This document shows positions 1-8,500 of a DNA stretch of 64,000 nt, one piece after another (positions within the stretch are counted from its first letter, which is position 1; each line of letters begins with the position of its first letter). The DNA comes from Candidatus Rokuibacteriota bacterium (lineage in GTDB: Bacteria > Methylomirabilota > Methylomirabilia > Rokubacteriales > CSP1-6). The stretch spans positions 93,637 to 157,636 of the forward strand of contig QHSX01000039.1 in NCBI GenBank assembly GCA_003221695.1. The letters are read 5' to 3'. A model generated the notes under the pieces. That model ran no database searches, was not told the origin of the DNA, and worked only from the letters and a program-made list of their open reading frames with translations. The position numbers were made by a program, and so were the translations under genes.

Positions 1-71
1 AGGTCGTGCCGGTCACGCGCGAGCGGATCGCCGACCTCGTACGGCAGGGCCGGCGCTTGCTGGCGTTCTGA
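1..71 (+). CDS. 3' end of a truncated gene, possibly DsrE/DsrF-like sulfur relay protein
   Basis: Frame from nt 3 reads VVPVTRERIADLVRQGRRLLAF*; its TGA overlaps the next ATG. The C-terminus resembles the DsrE/F family and the next gene is DsrH-like. Confidence 0.35.
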   Translation, partial: VVPVTRERIADLVRQGRRLLAF

Positions 72-295
72 TGGCCATGGTCCTCCACCTGCTCAAGGGC
101 GGGGACGCCGCCCTCGCGCGAACGGTCATCGAGCAGCACGTCGGTGCCGGCGATCGTGTGACGGTCGCCCTCCTGCCCGGCGCCCCCGCGCCCGCGCTGC
201 CGCCCGGCCTGACGATTCGTCGCGTCAGCAGCGATCTCTCCTACTCCGCGCTGCTGGACCTGATCTTCGAAGCTGACCACGTCCTGACCTGGTAG
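71..295 (+). CDS. DsrH/TusB-like small protein
   Basis: 74 aa; N-terminal VLHLL and C-terminal LSYSALLDLIFEADHVLTW match the DsrH/TusB pattern. Confidence 0.55.
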   Translation: MAMVLHLLKGGDAALARTVIEQHVGAGDRVTVALLPGAPAPALPPGLTIRRVSSDLSYSALLDLIFEADHVLTW

Positions 296-321
296 TGCAG
301 GGCCGCGAAAGCCGAGGACGC

Positions 322-525
322 TCACCGGTTCTGGACCTCGTCGAGCCACGCCATCTGGATCGCCTCGAGGATCTTCTCGTTCGACGCCCTGGGATCGTCC
401 CCGAACCCGGGGAGCTCCGTCACCCACTGGTGGAGGTCCGTGAAACGCACCGTCAACGGGTCGAGGTCGGGGAAGCGCTCGGTGAGGGCGATGGCGATGT
501 CCTCGGTGTCCCGCCACGTGATCAC
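322..525 (-). CDS. iscX: Fe-S cluster assembly protein IscX
   Basis: [11 protein letters not shown]...[31 protein letters not shown]; last gene of the isc operon. Confidence 0.95.
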   Translation of the reverse strand: MITWRDTEDIAIALTERFPDLDPLTVRFTDLHQWVTELPGFGDDPRASNEKILEAIQMAWLDEVQNR

Positions 526-845
526 TCGGGGATCTCCACGACCACGTTGCCGCGGACGATGGCCTGGCAGCCGAGCCGCGAGCGGATCGTCAGCCCCTCG
601 GCCATGTCCAGGCGGTCCTCCTCGTCGGGCTGCATCTCCGAGAGGTTCGCCTCACCCTCCCGGACGATGATATGGCACGTCGTGCACGCGCAGCTGCCGC
701 CGCAGTTGTGCTCGAGCGGGATGTCGTGGGCGAGCGCGATGTCGAGGAGCGACCCGGGCTTGCCGTGGTCGGCGAGCGGGTACTTCGCGTCGTCGACCTC
801 TACCGTGCGGTTCAATGGCAGGAACGTGACCTTGTGTGTGGCCAT
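522..845 (-). CDS. fdx: 2Fe-2S ferredoxin, ISC type
   Basis: C-terminal part of ORF 522..2024 from ATG 845; [13 protein letters not shown]...SRLGCQ motif. Confidence 0.95.
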   Translation of the reverse strand: MATHKVTFLPLNRTVEVDDAKYPLADHGKPGSLLDIALAHDIPLEHNCGGSCACTTCHIIVREGEANLSEMQPDEEDRLDMAEGLTIRSRLGCQAIVRGNVVVEIPE

Positions 846-2716
846 CAGGACGTCCCCGGTGAGGCGGGATCCTCCGTCGGCTCGGCGCCCCCGGCCATGA
901 TCTCCGCCGCGCGCTTGCTGCTGAGGGCTCCCTTGAGCGCCGCGTCCATCATGACTTCCGCGAGATGCTCGGTCGCGCGATTCAGGGCGGTGGTCGTCTC
1001 GCGGATCCGCTCCCGGTCTTCGGTCGCGCGGACGCGCCGGAGCTCCCCGAGCGCCTCCCGGATGGACTCTCGCTCTTCGCCTGACACGAGCCCGCCCCCC
1101 TGGCGCAGGGCGCGCTCGACGTGGGTGATCACCGTGTCCGCCTCGTTGCGCGTCTCGATCAGGAGCCGCGCCTCGACGTCGGCCTCCGCATAGGCGAACG
1201 CCTCCTCCACCATCCGCTCGACCTCGGTCTCCGAAAGCCCGTAGGTCGGCCTCACCTCGATCGCCGCGGCTTTCCCGGTCCGGAGCTCCTTCGCCTGGGC
1301 CTGCAAGATCCCGTTGGCGTCGATGAGGAATGTGACCTCGATCTTCGGCATCCCCGCCGGCATCGGGTCGATCCCGGAGAGCTCGAAGCGCGCGAGGGAG
1401 CGGCAGTCCTTGGCGAGCTCGCGCTCGCCCTGGACCACGTGCAAGTCGACGATGGTCTGCCCGTCCACCGACGTCGTGAACATCTCGCGCGCGCTCGTCG
1501 GGATCGTCGTATTGCGTGGGATCAGCACGCTCACGATGCCGCCGAGCGTCTCGATCCCGAGCGACAGCGGCGTCACGTCGAGGAGCAGCATGCTCGTGAT
1601 CCCGCCCGCCAGGATATGCGCCTGGACCGCGGCGCCGAGGGCGACGACCTCGTCGGGATTGAGCTGGCTGTGCGGGGTCTTGCCGAACAGGTCCTCGACG
1701 CGGCGTCGAAGGAGCGGCACCCGCGTCGAGCCGCCGACCAGGACGACTTCGTCGATGTCCGAGGGAACCAGGCCGGCGTCCGCGAGCGCCACCCGGCACG
1801 GCCCCAGCGTCGAATCGACGAGCTTCCCGATCAGCCCCTCCAGCTCGACGCGCGTGATCTCGCGGTGGTAGGTGAACCCGTCGAACGGAATCGTCAGCGT
1901 CGCCCGCTCCTCTGCAGACAAGCGGATCTTGGCCGCCTCGGCGGCCAAGCGTAGCTCCTGCATCGCCTCGCTGTCGCGCCCGAGGTAGACGCCGTGCTTG
2001 GACAAGATGTCGTCGAGGAGCCACACGAGGATGGCGCGGTCGAAGTCGTCGCCCCCGAGGTGGGTATTACCGTTGGTCGCCAGGACCTCGAAGACGCCGT
2101 CCTTCACGCGCAGGATCGAGATGTCGAAGGTCCCGCCACCCAGGTCGTAGACGGCGATCACCCCCGCCTTGAGGCGGTGGAGTCCATAGGCGAGCGACGC
2201 CGCGGTCGGCTCGTTGACGATGCGCACGACGTCGAGGCCGGCGATCCGTCCCGCGTCCTTCGTCGCTTGGCGCTGGCTGTCGTTGAAGTAGGCCGGGACC
2301 GTGATGACGGCCTTCTCGATCGGCTCCCCGAAGTGCTTCTCGGCGCGCTCCTTGAGCGACCTCAGCACGATCGCGGACACCTCGGGCGGCGTCACCTCAC
2401 GATTCTCCACCTGGATCTTCACGATCCCGTCGCACGGGACGACCTTGAACGGGAGGTAGCAGAGCTCGTCCTTGATGTCCTCGTACCCTCGCCCCATGAG
2501 CCGCTTGACGGAGTAGATCGTCGTCGCCGGCCGCCGGACGAGCAGCCGCTTGGCCGCCTCGCCGACGAGCACGCCCTCGCGCGCAAACGACACCACCGAC
2601 GGCAGGAGCACGCGCCCCTCTGCGTCGGGGATCACCCGCGGGAGTCCCGTCGTCTCGTCGACGTACCCGACGAGGCTGTTCGTGGTCCCGAGGTCAATGC
2701 CGACGATTCGTGACAT
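845..2716 (-). CDS. hscA: Fe-S assembly chaperone HscA (Hsp70 family)
   Basis: [25 protein letters not shown] motifs; lies between hscB and fdx; start taken at MSRIVG. Confidence 0.93.
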   Translation of the reverse strand: MSRIVGIDLGTTNSLVGYVDETTGLPRVIPDAEGRVLLPSVVSFAREGVLVGEAAKRLLVRRPATTIYSVKRLMGRGYEDIKDELCYLPFKVVPCDGIVKIQVENREVTPPEVSAIVLRSLKERAEKHFGEPIEKAVITVPAYFNDSQRQATKDAGRIAGLDVVRIVNEPTAASLAYGLHRLKAGVIAVYDLGGGTFDISILRVKDGVFEVLATNGNTHLGGDDFDRAILVWLLDDILSKHGVYLGRDSEAMQELRLAAEAAKIRLSAEERATLTIPFDGFTYHREITRVELEGLIGKLVDSTLGPCRVALADAGLVPSDIDEVVLVGGSTRVPLLRRRVEDLFGKTPHSQLNPDEVVALGAAVQAHILAGGITSMLLLDVTPLSLGIETLGGIVSVLIPRNTTIPTSAREMFTTSVDGQTIVDLHVVQGERELAKDCRSLARFELSGIDPMPAGMPKIEVTFLIDANGILQAQAKELRTGKAAAIEVRPTYGLSETEVERMVEEAFAYAEADVEARLLIETRNEADTVITHVERALRQGGGLVSGEERESIREALGELRRVRATEDRERIRETTTALNRATEHLAEVMMDAALKGALSSKRAAEIMAGGAEPTEDPASPGTS

Positions 2717-3293
2717 AGCCTTCCTGGCTCTCGCCGAGGGCATCGTTCAGGTCGTCGACGACCGTGCGGAGATAGGCTCGGATCGCGAGCGATTCCTTTA
2801 TCGTCGCGAGCGCGCGCTGCCGCTCCGCGGGTCGGGAGGCGTCCCATTGCTCGCTGAGCGGCCCGACGAGCCGCGCCTCTTCGTCCCGCAACCGCGTCGC
2901 CAGGCGATCGCGCTGGGCGACGAGCGCCGCCCGGCCGGCCTCGTCGAGGCCGCCCGCCTTCGCCTCTGCCAGCGCCTCCTGGATCTCGAACATTTCCTCC
3001 AGTAGCTCGGGCGGCGCCTTGGGCTTGACCGTGGCCCCCTCCTTCGTGTCGCGGCCCTCCTCGAGGCGCACGAGGTACTCGACGCGTGCGATCGGGTCAC
3101 GGAGGGCGCGGTAGGCGGCGTTCAGCCTCGCCGAGGCCTCGAGCGCTCGCGCCTGCTCCTCGGGTGGCGCCGCCTGATGGAAGTCGGGGTGGTACCGCCG
3201 CGACAGCTCGTAGAATCTCCGCTGCAGCTCCGCCGTGTCGATGGCGAGCCGCCGTGGCAACCCGAACACCTCGAAGTGGTCCATCCCGCTCAC
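2694..3293 (-). CDS. hscB: Fe-S co-chaperone HscB
   Basis: J-domain with HPD, NAAYRALRDPIARVEYL, helical C-terminal domain. Confidence 0.93.
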   Translation of the reverse strand: MSGMDHFEVFGLPRRLAIDTAELQRRFYELSRRYHPDFHQAAPPEEQARALEASARLNAAYRALRDPIARVEYLVRLEEGRDTKEGATVKPKAPPELLEEMFEIQEALAEAKAGGLDEAGRAALVAQRDRLATRLRDEEARLVGPLSEQWDASRPAERQRALATIKESLAIRAYLRTVVDDLNDALGESQEGYVTNRRH

Positions 3294-3312
3294 GCCCTCC
3301 GGCTCACGCCGT

Positions 3313-3347
3313 CAAAATAAGAACGGGCCCTCTGCCGGGCCCGTTTT
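3313..3347 (-). terminator. Intrinsic terminator/attenuator between iscA and hscB
   Basis: Stem AACGGGCCC-6 nt-GGGCCCGTT (3322-3345) followed on the minus strand by CTTATTTT. Confidence 0.7.
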
Positions 3348-3367
3348 CGGTGGTTCGACCGACCCGG

Positions 3368-3697
3368 CTACGCCGAGAACGACGTGCCGCATCCACAGCT
3401 CGACTTTGCGCTGGGGTTTTGGAACGTGAATCCCCCCGTCAACCCCTGCTGCACGTAGTCGAGTGTCGTGCCGTTGAGGTACAGGTAGCTCTTCTTGTCC
3501 ACGACGACCTTGATGCCGTCGATCTCGAACTCTTTGTCGTGCGGCCCGATCTCGCTGTCGAACTCGAGCGAGTACGAGAGCCCCGAGCATCCCCCACCCT
3601 TGACGCCCATCCTCAGGAAGACGGTGTCGGGCAAACTCTGGGCCCGCTTGAGCTCCCTCACCTGCTTGGCCGCGGCTTCGGTCAGCGCCACCGCCAT
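3368..3697 (-). CDS. iscA: A-type Fe-S carrier IscA/HesB family
   Basis: GVKGGGCSGLSY and CGCGTSF motifs; start MAVALTEAA. Confidence 0.93.
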   Translation of the reverse strand: MAVALTEAAAKQVRELKRAQSLPDTVFLRMGVKGGGCSGLSYSLEFDSEIGPHDKEFEIDGIKVVVDKKSYLYLNGTTLDYVQQGLTGGFTFQNPSAKSSCGCGTSFSA

Positions 3698-3714
3698 ACG
3701 GCTCCCCCAGTCCT

Positions 3715-4128
3715 TTACGTCGAGGACGCGGCGGCCGCGCCCTCCTTGATCCACTTCGTCTTGTAGTCCGCCAGCGCCGCCTTGATCGCGTCCTCGGCGA
3801 GCACCGAGCAGTGGATCTTGACGGGCGGCAGCTTCAGCTCGTTCACGATGTCGGTGTTCTTGATCTTGCCAGCCTCGTCGACCGTCTTGCCCTTCAGCCA
3901 CTCGGTGGCCAGGCTCGACGACGCGATCGCGCTGCCGCACCCGAACGTCTTGAACTTCGCATCTTCGATGACCCCGGTCTGGAGGTTCACCTTGATCTGC
4001 AGCTTCATCACGTCGCCGCACTCCGGCGCGCCGACGAGGCCAGTCCCCACGCCAGGCGCGTCCTTCGCGAAGGACCCGACGTTGCGCGGGTTGTTGTAGT
4101 GATCGACGACCTTCTCGCTGTACGCCAT
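3715..4128 (-). CDS. iscU: Fe-S scaffold IscU
   Basis: MAYSEKVVDHYNNPRNVG, APECGDVM, FGCGSAIAS, LPPVKIHC. Confidence 0.98.
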   Translation of the reverse strand: MAYSEKVVDHYNNPRNVGSFAKDAPGVGTGLVGAPECGDVMKLQIKVNLQTGVIEDAKFKTFGCGSAIASSSLATEWLKGKTVDEAGKIKNTDIVNELKLPPVKIHCSVLAEDAIKAALADYKTKWIKEGAAAASST

Positions 4129-4140
4129 CCCCGTCCCCCT

Positions 4141-5367
4141 TTACTCAGCCTTCCACTGGATGGACTTGATATCAACACCTTCCTTCGCCAGCTCGTAGAG
4201 CGGCGACATATCCCGGAGCCGCTTCACCACCTCGATCGTGCGCCTGGCGACCCACTCCACCTCCTCCTCGGTGTTGAACCGGTGGAGGCTGAACCGGATC
4301 GACGAGTGGGCCAGCTCTGAGCTCGCTCCGAGCGCGGCGATCACGTACGACGGTTCGAGGGTGGCCGACGTGCACGCCGAGCCGGACGACAGCGCGGTCT
4401 CCTTGTTGAGCCCCATCAGGACCGACTCACCCTCGACGTAGGCGAACGAGATGTTCAGGTTCTGCGGCAGACGCCGCTCCGGATCGCCGTTCAGGAACGC
4501 CTCGTCCACGCTCCCGAGGATGGCGTCTTGGAGTCTGTCGCGGAGCTTCGCGAGCCGCGCGCGCTCCTCCGGCATGACCTCCTCGCAGATCGCCGCCGCC
4601 CGCCCAAAGCCCACAACGAGCGGCACCGGCAGAGTCCCCGACCGCATCCCGCGCTCGTGCCCGCCACCGTCGATCATGGGCGCGAGCCGCACGCGCGGCC
4701 CCTTGCGCCGCACGTAGAGCGCGCCCACGCCCTTCGGGCCGTAGATCAGGTGCGCCGTGCAGGAGAGGAGGTCGATGCCCATCGCCTCGGCGTCCACCGG
4801 GATCTTGCCGACGGCCTGGGTGGCGTCCGTGTGGAAGATGATCCCCTTCTCCTTCGCGAGCTTCCCGATCGCGGCGATGTCCTGGATCGTGCCGATCTCG
4901 TTGTTCGCGAACATGACCGAGATCAGGATCGTCTTGTCCGTGATCGCCTTCCTCACCTCGTCCACGTCCACGAGACCGTTCGGCTGCACCGGGACGTACG
5001 TGACCGCGAGCCCCTGCCGCTCGAGCCGCTTGCAGGTATCGAGCCCCGCCCGTTGCTCGATCGCCGTCGTGACGATGTGGTTCCCCTTCTCGCGGTACAT
5101 CTCGGCGACGCCCTTCAACGCGAGGTTGATCGCCTCGGTCCCGCCCGACGTGAACACGACCTCCTTGGGATCACGCGCGCCGATGAGGCGCGCGACCTTC
5201 GCCCGCGCGGCGTCCACGGCGCCCTCGGCTTCCCACCCGAAGGGATGGTTCCGGCTCGCGGGATGACCGAATTTCTCGGTGAAGTAGGGCAGCATCGCCT
5301 CGACGACCCGTGGGTCGCACGGCGTCGTCGACTGCGCGTCCATGAAGATCGGGAACTTCAGGGCCAT
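4141..5367 (-). CDS. iscS: IscS-family cysteine desulfurase homologue with atypical PLP site
   Basis: FTSGGTE, DATQAVGK, GGGHERGMRSGT, SSGSACTS and IscS-type C-terminus (LRDMSPLYE..KEGVDIKSIQW). The PLP Lys motif reads TAHLIYGPK. Confidence 0.93.
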   Translation of the reverse strand: MALKFPIFMDAQSTTPCDPRVVEAMLPYFTEKFGHPASRNHPFGWEAEGAVDAARAKVARLIGARDPKEVVFTSGGTEAINLALKGVAEMYREKGNHIVTTAIEQRAGLDTCKRLERQGLAVTYVPVQPNGLVDVDEVRKAITDKTILISVMFANNEIGTIQDIAAIGKLAKEKGIIFHTDATQAVGKIPVDAEAMGIDLLSCTAHLIYGPKGVGALYVRRKGPRVRLAPMIDGGGHERGMRSGTLPVPLVVGFGRAAAICEEVMPEERARLAKLRDRLQDAILGSVDEAFLNGDPERRLPQNLNISFAYVEGESVLMGLNKETALSSGSACTSATLEPSYVIAALGASSELAHSSIRFSLHRFNTEEEVEWVARRTIEVVKRLRDMSPLYELAKEGVDIKSIQWKAE

Positions 5368-5381
5368 CGGCACGCTCCCCC

Positions 5382-5813
5382 TCACGCCCGGATCGACAAG
5401 AGTTCCGGGACGTCCTCGTTCGTCAGCTCCGCGAGACTCATCGTGTCGAGCATCTGGGTGATCGCCACCTGGAGCTTCTGGACCGGTCGGCGGAGGTTGC
5501 ACCGCGGCTCCTGCGGGCAGCCTCCGTGGTCCAAACAGCTCACGATGCTGATGGGTCCCTCGAGCGCGCGGATCACTTCGCCCACCGTGATCTTGGACGG
5601 GTGGCGCGAGAGTGCATACCCGCCCTTCGGGCCGCTCTGGCTCATGATCAGTCGCCGCTTCGCGAGGCGTTGCAGGATCTTGGCGAGGAGCTCCGGTGGA
5701 ATGCCGAACTCCTCGGCGATCCGCTTGGCGCTCACCGCCCCGACGTCGTCGTGGACGGCGATATAATGGATCGCCATCAGGCCGTAGTCGGCGCGCTTGG
5801 TGAAGCGGAGCAT
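5382..5813 (-). CDS. iscR: Rrf2-family regulator (IscR-like)
   Basis: Rrf2 wHTH, GPKGGYAL, three Cys (SCLDHGGCPQEPRC); first gene of the isc operon. Confidence 0.85.
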   Translation of the reverse strand: MLRFTKRADYGLMAIHYIAVHDDVGAVSAKRIAEEFGIPPELLAKILQRLAKRRLIMSQSGPKGGYALSRHPSKITVGEVIRALEGPISIVSCLDHGGCPQEPRCNLRRPVQKLQVAITQMLDTMSLAELTNEDVPELLSIRA

Positions 5814-5844
5814 CCGGTTAACCCTCGCTCAACGGCGATGTTTT

Positions 5845-5895
5845 TTATCGGCGATCATTTCAGTCGTACTTTACACCAACCGGGGGGCCTGTCAA
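5845..5895 (-). promoter_or_regulatory. Sigma70-type promoter of the isc operon with possible Rrf2/IscR operator
   Basis: Minus strand TTGACA (5895-5890), 16 nt, TAAAGT (5873-5868). Immediately downstream is CGACTGAAATGATCG, a partial match to the IscR type-1 GACT-N5-AGTC core. Confidence 0.6.
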
Positions 5896-5900
5896 GCAAA

Positions 5901-7172
5901 ATGGCTGAGATGACGGATATATCCGAGTTCGAGTCGCCGCTCTACCGCACCGCGCTCGTTCAACTCGACCGGGTGGCAGCCCGGCTCGACCTCGAGTCTA
6001 ACATCCACGAGAGGCTCCGCCATCCCAGACGGGCCCTGGTGGTCTCGATTCCGGTCCGGATGGACGACGGGAACACCAAGGTTTTCCGGGGGTATCGAGT
6101 CCAGCACAGCACGGTGCTGGGGCCCACCAAGGGCGGCCTCCGTTACGACGCCGACGTCAACCTGGGCGAGGTCACCGCCCTGGCGATGCTCATGAGCTGG
6201 AAGTGCGCCCTGGCCGGACTCCCTTACGGCGGCGCCAAGGGAGGGGTCCGCTGCAACCCGAGAGCAATGTCGGTGACGGAGCGTGAGAACCTCACCCGTC
6301 GATACACCGTCGAGATCATGCTCGTGATCGGGCCCGACCACGACATCCCGGCCCCGGACCTCGGGACCGACGAGCAGACGATGGCGTGGATGATGGACAC
6401 CTACTCGATGACCCAGGGCAAGACCGTCCCCGGGATCGTCACCGGCAAGCCGCTCATCGTCGGCGGCTCCGCCGGGCGGCGGGAAGCCACGGGCCGGGGC
6501 ATCGTGTACGCCCTCTACCAGGCGGCGCGCCACCTCAGCCAGCCGCTCCGCGGGCAGCGCGTCGTCGTCCAGGGGTTCGGCAACGTCGGCAGCGTCGCGG
6601 CCCGCCTGCTCTGGCGTGAAGGCTGTGTGATCTCCGGCGTGGGCGACGTCAAGGGCGGCATCGTCAACCCGCACGGGATCGATATCCGCCAGCTCGAGGC
6701 TCACGTCGCCGAGGCGGGCACCGTCGCGGGGTTCCCCGGCACGGAGCCGGTCTCGAACGCCGAGCTCCTTGAGCAGCCGTGCGACATCCTGGTGCCGGCC
6801 GCGATCGGCTCCCAGATTCGCGAGGACAACGCCGACCGCATCAAGGCGACGATCGTCGCCGAGGGGGCCAACGGGCCGACGACCCCGGAGGCCGACGCGA
6901 TCCTGCGCGACCGAGGGGTGACGGTGATCCCCGACATCCTCGCGAACGCCGGCGGCGTCATCGTCTCGTACTTCGAGTGGGTCCAGGGGCTCCAGTACTA
7001 CTTCTGGCGCGAGAGCGAGATCACGACACGGCTGCAAGAGATCATGACGCGCGCCTTCAACCGCGTCTGGGCGCTCGGTGCCAAGGAAGGCACGGACCTC
7101 AGGACGGCCGCCCTCATGGAGGGCGTCCGTCGCGTTGCGGAAGGCTACCGGGTGCGGGGACTCTACCCTTAA
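5901..7172 (+). CDS. gdhA: Glu/Leu/Phe/Val dehydrogenase (glutamate dehydrogenase)
   Basis: GPTKGGLRY, LPYGGAKGG, DIPAPD, QGFGNVG, EGANGPTT, SYFEWVQ; start 5901 or 5910. Confidence 0.92.
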   Translation: MAEMTDISEFESPLYRTALVQLDRVAARLDLESNIHERLRHPRRALVVSIPVRMDDGNTKVFRGYRVQHSTVLGPTKGGLRYDADVNLGEVTALAMLMSWKCALAGLPYGGAKGGVRCNPRAMSVTERENLTRRYTVEIMLVIGPDHDIPAPDLGTDEQTMAWMMDTYSMTQGKTVPGIVTGKPLIVGGSAGRREATGRGIVYALYQAARHLSQPLRGQRVVVQGFGNVGSVAARLLWREGCVISGVGDVKGGIVNPHGIDIRQLEAHVAEAGTVAGFPGTEPVSNAELLEQPCDILVPAAIGSQIREDNADRIKATIVAEGANGPTTPEADAILRDRGVTVIPDILANAGGVIVSYFEWVQGLQYYFWRESEITTRLQEIMTRAFNRVWALGAKEGTDLRTAALMEGVRRVAEGYRVRGLYP

Positions 7173-8164
7173 CCAGCGTCGCGCGGCCAGGCGTCGCGGA
7201 GGCGCACGGCGGAGACCTCGGGCGGCGCCTCGTTGACGAAGATGCCGCCGACCCGGTTGGTCTGCTCCGGCTGGACGACGACCTCGAGGTGCCAGTGGTA
7301 GTCGTCGCGGATCGTCGCCCAGTCCCCCTGTAAGATTCGCGACCGGAGGTTCGGGGCCGTGTGGAGCACCATCTCGTAGCCCGGATCGCCGAGGCTCGTC
7401 GCGAGCGCGCGGAAGTAGTCCGAGAGCAGACGCGCGAGATCACGCGCGGTCTCCGCGGTCAGTCCCTCCTCGAACGAGCAGCCGTGCTGGCGCGGGAGGA
7501 TCCAGGTCTCGAGCGGGCCGCGCGCGGCGTACGGCACGAGCGCCGCGAACGTCGGCGTGAGACTCACGACGCGCTCCTCGGCGGCGATCTCCTGACGGAG
7601 CATGTCGCAGTAGAGACAGCGCCGCTTGTACTGATAGTACTCGCGCGCCTCCCGGAGCTCGCGGCGCGTCTCGTCGAACACGATCGGGATCGCGCTCACG
7701 CGCGAGTACGGATGGTGCGGCGGCACGCCGGGCTTCTTGTGGCGCCGCGAGACGAGGATGTCGCGGATCTGCCCGTCACGCTTGAGGTCCACGAGCCGGT
7801 CGCGGTACATCCACAGCACCGCCTCGAGCGCCGCGGGCGCCATCGTCGCGAGCGTGTCGTCGTGGCGCGGCGACTCGACGACGAGCTCGGAGGCGCCGCG
7901 CGGTGTGAGCATGTCGAACATCCCCACGCCCTCACGGACCAGCTCCCACTCGATCCGGAAATACGCGTCCCCCTCCGGCACGACGCGCACAGACCAGCCC
8001 CGGCCGTTCGGCGGGGAGCCGTCCTTACGGTACGCCGCGATCTCTGGACCGGTGAGGTGCTCGGCGCCGGGGCAGTAGGGACAGTCGCCCGCGGACGACC
8101 ACTTGCCCTTCGGGCGGATCAGCACCCAGTGGCCCCGCGTCGGGTCCTTCCTCAGCTCGTCCAC
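7169..8164 (-). CDS. GalT-like (HIT superfamily) nucleotidyltransferase homologue with degenerate active site
   Basis: ELRKDPTRGHWV, CPYCPG, CLYCD, DYHWHLE; the HPH motif reads HPY. Confidence 0.8.
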   Translation of the reverse strand: MDELRKDPTRGHWVLIRPKGKWSSAGDCPYCPGAEHLTGPEIAAYRKDGSPPNGRGWSVRVVPEGDAYFRIEWELVREGVGMFDMLTPRGASELVVESPRHDDTLATMAPAALEAVLWMYRDRLVDLKRDGQIRDILVSRRHKKPGVPPHHPYSRVSAIPIVFDETRRELREAREYYQYKRRCLYCDMLRQEIAAEERVVSLTPTFAALVPYAARGPLETWILPRQHGCSFEEGLTAETARDLARLLSDYFRALATSLGDPGYEMVLHTAPNLRSRILQGDWATIRDDYHWHLEVVVQPEQTNRVGGIFVNEAPPEVSAVRLRDAWPRDAG

Positions 8165-8257
8165 ACGCTTCCCCGAAACGGCGTGGCGGTCGGCGGCATC
8201 TCAACTATGATACTCATGGCCGCACGACGGCCGACACAGATTAACGCGGAGGCCGAG

Positions 8258-8500
8258 ATGAGCAGTCACGCCGTCACCGTGTATTCGAGCCCCACCTGAG
8301 GGCCCTGCAAAGCGGCGAAAGAGTTTCTTTCGTCTCAGGGGGTGCCCTTCGAGGACGTCAACGTGATGGCGAACGCCGATGCGCGCGAGGAGCTGGTCCG
8401 GCTCACCGGGCGCATGGCCGTCCCCGTGATCGTCGTCGATGGCCAGGTCGTCGTGGGCTTCGACCGGGCCAGACTGCAGGCGCTCCTGGCTACTCCTTGA
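8258..8500 (+). CDS. Selenocysteine-containing glutaredoxin/NrdH-like protein (UxxC), 80 aa
   Basis: GGAGG RBS, then MSSHAVTVYSSPT-U(TGA 8297-8299)-GPCKAAKEFLSSQGVPFEDVNV...GRMAVPVIVVDGQVVVGFDRARLQALLATP*. The Grx fold continues across the TGA. Confidence 0.9.
8303..8340 (+). promoter_or_regulatory. Putative bacterial SECIS (glutaredoxin)
   Basis: GGCGAAAGA-GTT-TCTTTCGTC hairpin (8314-8334) 14 nt after the UGA; lower stem CCCTG/CAGGG. Confidence 0.7.

Noticed and set aside
845..2716. Calling the Hsp70 gene dnaK
   Set aside because: Its position between hscB and fdx in an isc operon indicates hscA.
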